Below are positions 55,799 through 64,000 of a DNA stretch of 64,000 nt, one piece after another (within the stretch, counting starts at the first letter, position 1; every line of letters starts with the position of its first letter). The stretch spans positions 832,001 to 896,000 of the forward strand of contig CAWJWJ010000002.1 in assembly GCA_963846575.1 (NCBI GenBank), given 5' to 3'. Below the pieces are notes generated by a model. That model saw only the letters and a list, made by a program, of their open reading frames with translations, did no database searches and was not told the DNA's origin. The position numbers were made by a program, and so were the translations under genes. The stretch is from an uncultured Nitrospiraceae bacterium (lineage in GTDB: Bacteria; Nitrospirota; Nitrospiria; Nitrospirales; Nitrospiraceae).

Positions 55799-57559
55799 TC
55801 ACGAGGGCCGGCTGGCTTCGATAATGCGGAATCGCACCTCATCGACCTGGTTATAGGCCGAGGCCTGTTCGCCTGCGAATAGGCCGCACCGATACAGGCC
55901 GGGAGTCCAACCAGCGACCGGACGCGGGAGGACAAAATATCCCGACTGGTCGCTCGTGGACATGATGAGGTGATCCTGTGCGACGGCGGTCTGTGTCCCC
56001 GTGACCTCGGCGGTTTCCTTGAAACATCGCGCGGCGAGCGGAACCTCATCGTAGGAGGCCGTCACCAGGCCGAATACCAGATAGATCTCCTGCTGCGTGG
56101 TGGGAAAACTGATTCCCGGATTCAAGGGAATAAAGTCATGGGCCCCTGTGGGTGAATCGTCCCGCATGACTTTCCTGGCCGGGATGACGAAGCGGAACCA
56201 GGCAAAATCCGCGTCCCTGCCCACGAGTGAGGCCGCCGTATCGAGGTATTTCTGCGGTGCCAGTTTGTTCATGGCGGTCGCCGCCAATTCCTGTTCCGAA
56301 GCAATGGCCGGAGCGGCGGGCTGGCTCGCGGCGGCCTTTTTCGCCGCTTCAATCTCCCGTACAAGGTCGGGGACGTGCGGCCGGATCGTATCCAGCCAGC
56401 GCGCCAGTTTGTGTTTATCCAAGACCCGTGTTCCCGTAGGAAGCATCACGTCCTTCGTCGCCTTCTCGAACTCCACCGTCGCATCGTAGAGAACCTTGAA
56501 CTGGATATAGGCATCTTCCCATTGCCCCAGATCCACCAGACATTGGCCCATTCGGTAGACCGTTGCCGCATAATCCTCATCGGTGGGATCGAGATCGGAC
56601 ACCTTCTTGAAAATCGTGACGGCCTCCTTGCACCGGCCCAGATTCATGAGGATGAGTCCGAGATGTTGCGTGGCGAGAGGATCCATCGGGTTGAGGAGCA
56701 GCAGCTGTCGATAAACCGGCTCGGCTTCCTGAAACCGTCCGGCCTCGAACAACCTGTACCCCTCGGCGCGAATCATCGACCAGTCGATGAGTTGTTGCGG
56801 AGTGGCGTCCGGGGTCATCACGGGAGTAAATCGCCGCCCGCGTTCCGTCGAGACAGAAAAGGCGGTCACTAAATTTTTGGCGGACAATTCCAGCGGAGAA
56901 CCGGGCGGGACTCGCTCCAGAACGAGCTGCACGTCCCGGTTGGCCCCGTCATAGTCCAGCACATCAAAACGCGCTCGCGCCATGGCCAAACGCCAGCCCA
57001 GCAGATCCGGGGCCAGTTCCACGGCTCGCTGATAGGCCTTGAACGATTCTTCCAGGCGGTCCAGTTTGCGCAGTTCACGCGCGAGCCGCAGGTGGATCAG
57101 CGGATTGTCGGGATCGAGTGCGGCGATGCGCTGTAACTCGTTGAAGGCCTCCTCTCCCTGTCCCGAACGCACCAGCACACTCCATTTGGCCCATCGGACA
57201 TCCAGCGCAGTGGGCGTGGTGGCCAGGACGATATCGTAGGATTCCAGGGCTTCCTGGGTGTGACGCGACGTCGCCAACATGTCGCCGCGGAGCTGATACA
57301 GAGCGAGTGCCTGGGGATTGTCACGCAGCCCGCGGTCCACGATGTCGAGTGCCAGGTCGAGTGTGCCCTGCTCCCAGGCGGCCTGTGCGCGCTGCGCGAC
57401 CTGGGCTTCCGGGCGGGGCGAAAGGTCGTTTGCCCCTGTCGGGGGAATGGCGAACAGGGTGAGTAACAGCAACAGGGCCGGAATCCTTCCAGGGGACAGA
57501 TGTCTCAGACCTTCGACGGTTCCTTGCAGGAGGGGTGGCATGATGCGATGTATGAGCAT
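55799..57559 (-). CDS. Exported TPR-repeat protein with a C-terminal beta-sandwich domain
   Basis: Signal-like N-terminus; TPRs (DPDNPLIHLRLA, NPMDPLATQHLG); C-terminal GWTPGLYRC...EVRFRI Ig-like pattern. Confidence 0.8.
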   Translation of the reverse strand: MLIHRIMPPLLQGTVEGLRHLSPGRIPALLLLLTLFAIPPTGANDLSPRPEAQVAQRAQAAWEQGTLDLALDIVDRGLRDNPQALALYQLRGDMLATSRHTQEALESYDIVLATTPTALDVRWAKWSVLVRSGQGEEAFNELQRIAALDPDNPLIHLRLARELRKLDRLEESFKAYQRAVELAPDLLGWRLAMARARFDVLDYDGANRDVQLVLERVPPGSPLELSAKNLVTAFSVSTERGRRFTPVMTPDATPQQLIDWSMIRAEGYRLFEAGRFQEAEPVYRQLLLLNPMDPLATQHLGLILMNLGRCKEAVTIFKKVSDLDPTDEDYAATVYRMGQCLVDLGQWEDAYIQFKVLYDATVEFEKATKDVMLPTGTRVLDKHKLARWLDTIRPHVPDLVREIEAAKKAAASQPAAPAIASEQELAATAMNKLAPQKYLDTAASLVGRDADFAWFRFVIPARKVMRDDSPTGAHDFIPLNPGISFPTTQQEIYLVFGLVTASYDEVPLAARCFKETAEVTGTQTAVAQDHLIMSTSDQSGYFVLPRPVAGWTPGLYRCGLFAGEQASAYNQVDEVRFRIIEASRPS

Positions 57560-57864
57560 GATCGGAATCTCGTAGTTAGTGTGGGATATCTACAGTCATG
57601 GTCCAACGCGAGCGCACAACACAATAGTCAGGTGTCCAAGCAACATTCCCTGGCTTGGTGATTAGAGTCATCCTTCCGGGGAAGGATTCGCGAAGCCGCA
57701 GGTCCCACGCCGATGGATTAGCTTACTGCACGAACGGCTGTTGTTGCGAGGGATCCTGGGTCCGGAGGGGGGATGGGATCGGGGGAGCGGCTCCCTTGCC
57801 GGGTCGGTTCAACCCTCGTGCGTCGCCCGGGAAAGCGGTGGTGCCGAGACGCCATCGCCCGGCA

Positions 57865-59427
57865 TTACCGCACGGTGACGAACCGGCCCTGTGCCATGGT
57901 TCTCAGCTGATCGATGTCTTCGCGACGGGTGATCGAGAGGGGGACGGTCTGGGCCAGTTCCTTGAGCAACAGCGCGGTCGTCAATGGCTGCTTTTCATGC
58001 AGCGCACGATATAACGCGGCAACGACGGCCTGTTCGATTTCGGAACCGCTGAAACCATCGCTCATCTTGACGATGGTGGCGAGATCGAACTGTGGGGGCT
58101 CCTGTTTGCGAAGCGCCAGATGAATCCTCCAGATGGCTTCCCGTTCCGCCTGATCCGGCAAGTCCACGAAAAAGATTTCGTCGAACCGGCCTTTCCGCAG
58201 GAGTTCGGGAGGCAGGGCGTTGAGATTATTGGCGGTCGCGACCACGAACACGTCCTGTCTTTTTTCCTGGAGCCAGGTGAGAAAGGCGCCGAACAGCCGT
58301 CGGCTCAACCCCGCGTCGCCGTCGCCGCTACCGCCGCCCGCGACCATGGCCTTTTCGATTTCGTCGATCCACAACACGATCGGGGAGAGCGATTCCGCCA
58401 GTTCGATGGCCTTGCGGAAGTTCTTTTCGGATTCCCCGACGAACTTGTCGAACAGCCGGCCGGCGTCGAGTTTGAGTAACGGAAGTTGCCATGCCCGGGC
58501 GATGGCCTTGGCGGCCAGCGATTTGCCGCAGCCGGGGACGCCGACCAGCATGAGCCCTCGTGGAGGGGCCAGGTTCAGCGCTTGGGCCTCAGGCGTGAAC
58601 CCGACCTTTGCCCGTTCCAGCCAGGATTTGAGGTTCGCGAACCCGCCCAGTTCGAACCGGTTGTCTTCCAGCGGATAATATTCCAGCAGCCCGCCGTCCT
58701 TGATCGTCTGGACCTTCCGTTTCAGAATCGTCTGCACGTCATCCGCGGACAGCGAACCGTCTTCCACGATGCATTGCGTAATGACCTGCCGGGCCTGGTG
58801 GAGCGTCATGCCTTGCAAGGCGCGAAGGATAGCCTCACGTTCCTGCACGGCCAGTTGGGTTTCCGCCGGTTTGGACTCGGTCATGGAGTTGAGGAGGCTT
58901 TGTACGACCGTGGTGGATCGTGGACGACGAGCCGGCGTTCCCGACCCGAGAGATTGAAGGACACTGCTGAGCATGGACTGGAGCTCGTTCCGGTCCGGCA
59001 GCTGCAGATCGAGCCGGACCGCGAGCTGTTCGATATCCGCTGGAAGGGTAATAGGATGGCCGGTCAGTAGGCAGGTCGACCGCGAGCGGCCATAGAGGGC
59101 CGCCACCTCGCGCAGCTGCCGTGCGACCGCGGCCTCCTGCAGGTGCGGCGCAAGATCCTTGAGCCAGAAGATCCCTTCCACGGTCAGCCCGTTGAGATGC
59201 TGGAGGACGGCTAAGGGGGTCGACGTCATCTTGCTCAGCGTCGATCCATCGTCGCGCCTGGTGAGGCCCCTGGTAATCGACCATTCGAAGAGGGGCATGC
59301 GCTCCTGGCCGGCCACCGATTGCAGCAAGGTGAGCACCCGCTCTTCTTCTACCGTTTCGATGACGATGATCGGATGGCAGGACCGGACGAGGGTGCGGAG
59401 ATCATGGACACTGGTTGAGCGGGCCAT
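57865..59427 (-). CDS. Ycf46-like AAA+ ATPase (degenerate N-terminal module plus intact AAA module)
   Basis: ETVEEERV, FWLKDL; Walker A GVPGCGKS; Walker B LWIDEIEK; ATANN..LPPELLRKGRFDEIFFVDLP; GFSGSEIEQ. Confidence 0.92.
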   Translation of the reverse strand: MARSTSVHDLRTLVRSCHPIIVIETVEEERVLTLLQSVAGQERMPLFEWSITRGLTRRDDGSTLSKMTSTPLAVLQHLNGLTVEGIFWLKDLAPHLQEAAVARQLREVAALYGRSRSTCLLTGHPITLPADIEQLAVRLDLQLPDRNELQSMLSSVLQSLGSGTPARRPRSTTVVQSLLNSMTESKPAETQLAVQEREAILRALQGMTLHQARQVITQCIVEDGSLSADDVQTILKRKVQTIKDGGLLEYYPLEDNRFELGGFANLKSWLERAKVGFTPEAQALNLAPPRGLMLVGVPGCGKSLAAKAIARAWQLPLLKLDAGRLFDKFVGESEKNFRKAIELAESLSPIVLWIDEIEKAMVAGGGSGDGDAGLSRRLFGAFLTWLQEKRQDVFVVATANNLNALPPELLRKGRFDEIFFVDLPDQAEREAIWRIHLALRKQEPPQFDLATIVKMSDGFSGSEIEQAVVAALYRALHEKQPLTTALLLKELAQTVPLSITRREDIDQLRTMAQGRFVTVR

Positions 59428-59655
59428 AGGAGTGCGATGCTAACACGGGGTATGCACGTCACCAAGAAAAGCGGCAATTGCGGCGGGGCCTGCCTGCTAC
59501 GGACAGACGACTCGCCGATGCGTGATTGGTGACAAGGGGGAATTGGGAAGGTGGCCATGGGGAGCACCGGCACGCCCTGTTCCAGACCAGCTCAGGAGAG
59601 TCCCGGGGCGAGCAGATGTCAGTCTTCCTGCAGCCCTTCGTACTGGTCCATGGAG

Positions 59656-60513
59656 CTAGACATCATTTTCCGTCAGGCAGCGTCCGAGGCCCTGTTGCTC
59701 GGCCAGATGATAGGCGTAATGCAGGGCGGCCAGATTCGCGACACGTTCCTCGGCCTCCTCCCGGCTGTCCGTATAGACGATCTGAACGCCATATCGCGCC
59801 GTCAGCGCGTCGAGGAAGTCCACCATGCCGTTCCGGTGGTACTGGCCCAGGCGCCCGCCGCCCGTATTGTATTGAATGGTGCCTTCGATGAGCAGGAATC
59901 GATGTGGAACGGTGAGCAGCGGCTCGAGCTCACGTAAGAATCGGGGACGATGGTCGGAATGGTTCGAGAAGATCGTGTTGAGTTCCTCCACCCGCCGGCG
60001 TTCCACGCAAAAAATATGGGGCGCTTCCGCAATCGCGTAATCACCCGCCTGCAAGGCCTGGCGCTTCGTGCCGGCGATGCGCACCAGTCCCTTGAATTCG
60101 TAGGGCAGCTGCTCATGGATGTCCACCAGTACATGGATGGCCGGGACCATGATCTTGGGATGGCTGAAACGAGTCACGTTGAGCATGGTTTGAGGGCCGC
60201 GCAACTCCTGCCTAGGTCGCGGGGCCGGCTGCGGCCGCGGCGGCGACGTTCGTGGCGGCGGGTTGGTCGAGGGAGTCTGTTGCCGGGCGGCGTCGTAACG
60301 GGTGCGCGCAGCGGGGTCGCTCAGGATCTGATAGGCCTGATTGATCAACTGGGTGCGGGCTTCGGCTTTTCGATGCAGGGTCGGGGAATGCACGAAGCGA
60401 TCCGGATGCCAGACCTGCATGTGCTCGTGCCAGGCCCGTTTGATTTCCGCTTCGGTGGCGGTGGAAGAAAGTTCCAGGATGGCGTAGTAGTTGGTGGTCC
60501 GTTCGTCCCGCAT
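59656..60513 (-). CDS. DnaJ J-domain fused to an ERCC4/XPF-family nuclease domain
   Basis: NYYAILEL...EIKRAW...WHPDRF...INQAYQILSDP..RTRYD; Pro-rich linker; VLVDIHEQ, LQAGDYAI, VERRRVEEL, RFLREL, FLLIEG. Confidence 0.85.
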   Translation of the reverse strand: MRDERTTNYYAILELSSTATEAEIKRAWHEHMQVWHPDRFVHSPTLHRKAEARTQLINQAYQILSDPAARTRYDAARQQTPSTNPPPRTSPPRPQPAPRPRQELRGPQTMLNVTRFSHPKIMVPAIHVLVDIHEQLPYEFKGLVRIAGTKRQALQAGDYAIAEAPHIFCVERRRVEELNTIFSNHSDHRPRFLRELEPLLTVPHRFLLIEGTIQYNTGGGRLGQYHRNGMVDFLDALTARYGVQIVYTDSREEAEERVANLAALHYAYHLAEQQGLGRCLTENDV

Positions 60514-60695
60514 CGGTTTTCCCCGCTAGGATCAGCAAAGTGTAACGGAGTCCAAGGGGAAATCGCCAGATTGAAATCACCGGCCGGCGGGTGTCTGCGC
60601 GCAAAACGGCTTGGCATTGTGCGTGACGGGGAGCCGGTGTATGGTACGCATCCGGACAATCTGAGTGCACATCCATTCCATCGGAGGCAAGGCTC

Positions 60696-61715
60696 ATGGT
60701 TCTGGTCACAGGCGGTGCGGGGTATATCGGGTCGCATACCTGCGTGGAACTTCTCCAGGCGGGTCGGGATGTCACGGTGTTCGATAACTTTTCCAACAGT
60801 CATCCTGAGTCATTGGAACGGGTCCAGCGCATCACGGGAAAGTCGCTTCGCCTGATACGAGGGGACTGTCGTGACCGCGCGGCCCTGGTGGCGGCGCTCC
60901 GTGAGAGTCGAGCCACCGCGGTGATTCACTTCGCGGGTCTCAAGGCCGTGGGAGAGTCTGTCCAGCAGCCGTTGGCCTACTATGACAACAACGTGACCGG
61001 CTCCCTTCGCCTCTTGGAAGCCATGGGCGAATGCGGGGTGAGGCAGCTTGTGTTCAGCTCCTCCGCCACGGTGTACGGCGATCCGCAACGGCTGCCGCTG
61101 ACGGAAGACCAGCCGCTGTCCGCCACCAATCCCTACGGGCGAACCAAGCTGATGGTCGAAGAGATCCTGCGCGACCTGCATCGGAGCGAGGCCTCGTGGC
61201 GAATCGGGATTTTACGGTATTTCAACCCGGTGGGGGCGCATGCCAGCGGGTTGATCGGTGAAGATCCCCAGGGCATTCCGAACAATCTGCTGCCCTTCGT
61301 GGCGCAGGTGGCGGTGGGGCGGATGGCATGTCTCAACGTGTGGGGCAACGATTATTCCACTCCGGACGGCACGGGGGTGCGGGATTACATCCATGTCGTC
61401 GATCTGGCGTTGGGGCATCTCAAGGCGCTGGACTCGCTTGCCCGGTTGGATCATCAGGCCGACTGCCTGACCGTCAACCTTGGAACCGGGAAGGGCTACA
61501 GCGTACTGGAGATCGTGCGGGCATTTGAAACGGCGAGCGGCAGGCCGGTGCCCTACAAGATTGCGCCTCGCCGCCCCGGGGATATCGCCGCCTGTTATGC
61601 GGACCCCCAGCAAGCGTTGACGATGTTAGGTTGGCAGGCGACGCGTGGCCTGAGCGAAATGTGCGCGGATGCCTGGCGCTGGCAAAGCACCAATCCCAAG
61701 GGGTACGTAGGGTGA
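60696..61715 (+). CDS. galE: UDP-glucose 4-epimerase
   Basis: VTGGAGYIGSHT, HFAGLKAVGES, YGRTK, RYFNPVGAH, DGTGVRDYIHV. Confidence 0.97.
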   Translation: MVLVTGGAGYIGSHTCVELLQAGRDVTVFDNFSNSHPESLERVQRITGKSLRLIRGDCRDRAALVAALRESRATAVIHFAGLKAVGESVQQPLAYYDNNVTGSLRLLEAMGECGVRQLVFSSSATVYGDPQRLPLTEDQPLSATNPYGRTKLMVEEILRDLHRSEASWRIGILRYFNPVGAHASGLIGEDPQGIPNNLLPFVAQVAVGRMACLNVWGNDYSTPDGTGVRDYIHVVDLALGHLKALDSLARLDHQADCLTVNLGTGKGYSVLEIVRAFETASGRPVPYKIAPRRPGDIAACYADPQQALTMLGWQATRGLSEMCADAWRWQSTNPKGYVG

Positions 61716-61818
61716 ACCAGACACCCGGCATGGCTCGTTCCCGCATTGGAACAGGCGCCTGGCGCCGGAGCGCGGAAAGCAGTAGACTCCGTCGCACGAT
61801 GGCACGGCCTCAGCGAGC

Positions 61819-62877
61819 ATGACAGTCGAACTGGTGACCTGGATCGGGATCGCGATCTGTCTCAGCCAATCGGCCCTGTTCTCCGGGCTGAATCTCGCAG
61901 TCTTCAGCCTGGGCCGGCTGCGACTGGAGGCGGAAGCGGCGAGCGGCAATTACGCCGCGCGAACCGTCCTGAAACTGCGCGACTCCTCCAATGACATCCT
62001 GGCCACGATCCTCTGGGGGAATGTCGGCATCAACGTCCTGCTCACCCTGCTGTCGAACTCGGTCATGGCCGGGGTCAGCGCCTTTCTCTTCTCGACGTTC
62101 ATCATTACAATTCTTGGTGAGATCGCCCCGCAGGCCTATTGTTCCCGTCATGCCATGCTGGTGGCGGCCCGCTTCTCCTCCGTTCTTCGGGCCTACCGTC
62201 TCCTGCTCTTTCCCGTCGTCAAGCCCACCGCGATGGTACTGGACGCATGGCTCGGCAAGGAAGCCATTGCCTACTTGCGCGAGGCGGAAATCAAGGAAAT
62301 CCTCCGCCGGCACATGATGAACGAGAAGACCGAGGTCAGCCGTCTGGAGGCGATCGGCGCGTTGAATTTTCTGACGATCGACGATATTCCGGTCGAGCAG
62401 GAGGGGGTACCCGTGGCCCCGGAGAGCATTCTCCAAGTGCCGTTTCATGACGGGGTCCCGGAATTTCCTTCCTTCCGGAAGTCTCCGGACGATGCGTTTC
62501 TCCGGCAGGTCAATGCCGCGAACAAGCCCTGGGTGGTCATCGTGGACGAGTGGAAGGAGCCACAGTTCATTCTGGATGCCGATGGGTTTCTGCGCCACGC
62601 TCTCCTCACGGATCAGGAGACCGATCCCGCGGCCTATTGCCATCGACCCGTCATCGTCCGTGACCCCAAGGAGCCGCTGGGCAAACTGCTGGAGCAGCTC
62701 AGTTTTGATCGGACCTCGCCCAGTGATCATTTGATCGCGGAAGACACGATTTTATTGTGGCGGAGCGAGCCGCGCCTCGTCACCGGTGCCGACCTCCTGG
62801 GCCGCCTGCTACGGGGGATCGTGAAACGGACGCGCACGGAAGAGTCCGAGCCTGAGGGACCCGGCCGGGAGGGCTGA
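61819..62877 (+). CDS. CNNM/DUF21 transmembrane domain protein with degenerate CBS region
   Basis: SALFSGLNLAVFSL, LATILWGNV, ILGEIAPQA, IGALNFL. Confidence 0.85.
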   Translation: MTVELVTWIGIAICLSQSALFSGLNLAVFSLGRLRLEAEAASGNYAARTVLKLRDSSNDILATILWGNVGINVLLTLLSNSVMAGVSAFLFSTFIITILGEIAPQAYCSRHAMLVAARFSSVLRAYRLLLFPVVKPTAMVLDAWLGKEAIAYLREAEIKEILRRHMMNEKTEVSRLEAIGALNFLTIDDIPVEQEGVPVAPESILQVPFHDGVPEFPSFRKSPDDAFLRQVNAANKPWVVIVDEWKEPQFILDADGFLRHALLTDQETDPAAYCHRPVIVRDPKEPLGKLLEQLSFDRTSPSDHLIAEDTILLWRSEPRLVTGADLLGRLLRGIVKRTRTEESEPEGPGREG

Positions 62878-62946
62878 CCGGGCGCGGTTGAGGAAACTAT
62901 GGCTGCCAGCGGTGAAACTGGGACAGCCGGAATGATCGTGCCGACG

Positions 62947-64000
62947 CTATTCCAGGAGTTGGGAAAAGGCAGTGGCCAGGCCGAGGAAACTGAAGAATCC
63001 GACGATATCCGTCACGGTGGTAAGGATAATGGACGAGGATTGCGCCGGGTCCTGGTTGAGAGATTTCAGAATCAGGGGAATCACGGCTCCGGACAGACCG
63101 GCGATGCACATGGACGCCACCATGGAACTCCCGATGATCATCGTGAGCCCGAGAGACCGGCTCCAGAGGTACACCGCGAGCGAGGTCGTCGCGGCGATGA
63201 CGATACCGTTGAGCAGCGCGACTCCCGCCTCCTTGGAGGTGACCCGCAGCCATTGCGCCGGTCGGATGTCGCGGAGGGCGAGCCCGCGCATCACCACCGC
63301 CAGCGATTGCGCGCCGGTATTGCCCGATTGGCCGGCGACCACCGGAAGCAGGACCGCCAGCGCGGTAAACTTGGCAATGACATCTTCGAACATGCCGACC
63401 ACGAAGGCCGCCAGGAAGGCCGTCACCAGATTCACTTCCAGCCACCCGAGACGCTTCCGCACCGAAAACCAGACCGGCGACAGGGCGCGCTCATCCCGGC
63501 TGGCGCCGACCATGGTTTGCAGGTCCGCGGTGGCTTCCTCCTGACTGGCCTTGATGATGTCTTCGTTCTTGATCACGCCGAGCAGCCGTTCGTCCAGATC
63601 CACGACCGGAATGGTCATGAATCGTTGGGCTGCGAACAGGTCGACGATCTGTTCGCGATTCTCCATCGGATGGATATGCGTGACGTCCCGCCGCATGACT
63701 GACTGCAATCGCTCATCCGCATCGAGCAAGAGCAGATCCCGCATGGACAGCAAACCCACGAGGTGCCGGCGACGGTCGATCACATAGATGTCGTGCAGGT
63801 CCTTGGGGGCATGTACGCGCACATGCCGCACCGCCTCTTCCACCGTGAAGTCTTCGGGCAACGCAAACGCCCTGGCATCCATCAGGCTGCCCACCGATTC
63901 GGGCGGGTACTCCATAAATAACCGAATGTCTTTGGCCAGCTGGCGCGGGAGATGGCGCAACAGGGCCTGTTGCCGTTTCTTTTTCAGCCGCAACAGGAGG
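62947..64000 (-). CDS. mgtE: Magnesium transporter MgtE (5' end beyond the window)
   Basis: YPPESVGSLM, CBS pair, KRLGWLEVNL, SGNTGAQS, DPAQSSSIILTTVTDIVG. Confidence 0.93.
   Translation of the reverse strand, partial: LLLRLKKKRQQALLRHLPRQLAKDIRLFMEYPPESVGSLMDARAFALPEDFTVEEAVRHVRVHAPKDLHDIYVIDRRRHLVGLLSMRDLLLLDADERLQSVMRRDVTHIHPMENREQIVDLFAAQRFMTIPVVDLDERLLGVIKNEDIIKASQEEATADLQTMVGASRDERALSPVWFSVRKRLGWLEVNLVTAFLAAFVVGMFEDVIAKFTALAVLLPVVAGQSGNTGAQSLAVVMRGLALRDIRPAQWLRVTSKEAGVALLNGIVIAATTSLAVYLWSRSLGLTMIIGSSMVASMCIAGLSGAVIPLILKSLNQDPAQSSSIILTTVTDIVGFFSFLGLATAFSQLLE

Noticed and set aside
1..64000. tRNA, rRNA, CRISPR array, IS/integrase or prophage genes
   Set aside because: No such signatures were seen by eye; tRNAscan-SE, Infernal/Rfam and CRISPR finders would be needed to exclude short RNAs

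Overview
GC-rich bacterial chromosomal segment. The gene content and protein families suggest Nitrospira/Nitrospirota; this is an inference, not a database result. About 55 CDSs. Housekeeping genes: riboflavin synthase, acs, proC, rlmI, TrmH-family methylase, radA, tsaB-rimI-DUF465-tatC, cyclophilin, PPi-type pfk, galE and a partial mgtE. Also present are an envelope lipoprotein operon (LPP20-like/LpoB/COG3014/LPP20-like) followed by a VapBC-like pair, a glucosyl-3-phosphoglycerate synthase-like glycosyltransferase, a ThDP 2-oxoacid decarboxylase, an OPT transporter, a receiver-RND-MFP-TolC operon, a PAS hybrid kinase and several TPR proteins. I found no tRNA, rRNA, CRISPR array, integrase or transposase. 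The most unusual items are four protein architectures. (1) A DnaJ J-domain (intact HPD) fused to an ERCC4/XPF-type nuclease domain, upstream of a Ycf46-like AAA+ ATPase. (2) A sigma-region-4-like HTH protein carrying its own C-terminal HxxxCxxC zinc anti-sigma motif, overlapping a membrane protein that looks like the rest of an anti-sigma factor. (3) A hexapeptide-repeat acyltransferase fused to a PAS domain. (4) An exported caspase-fold/TPR protein whose catalytic Cys is replaced by Asn. Several candidate leaderless promoters and an intragenic terminator hairpin are also visible. All assignments come from motif recognition by eye; no searches were run.
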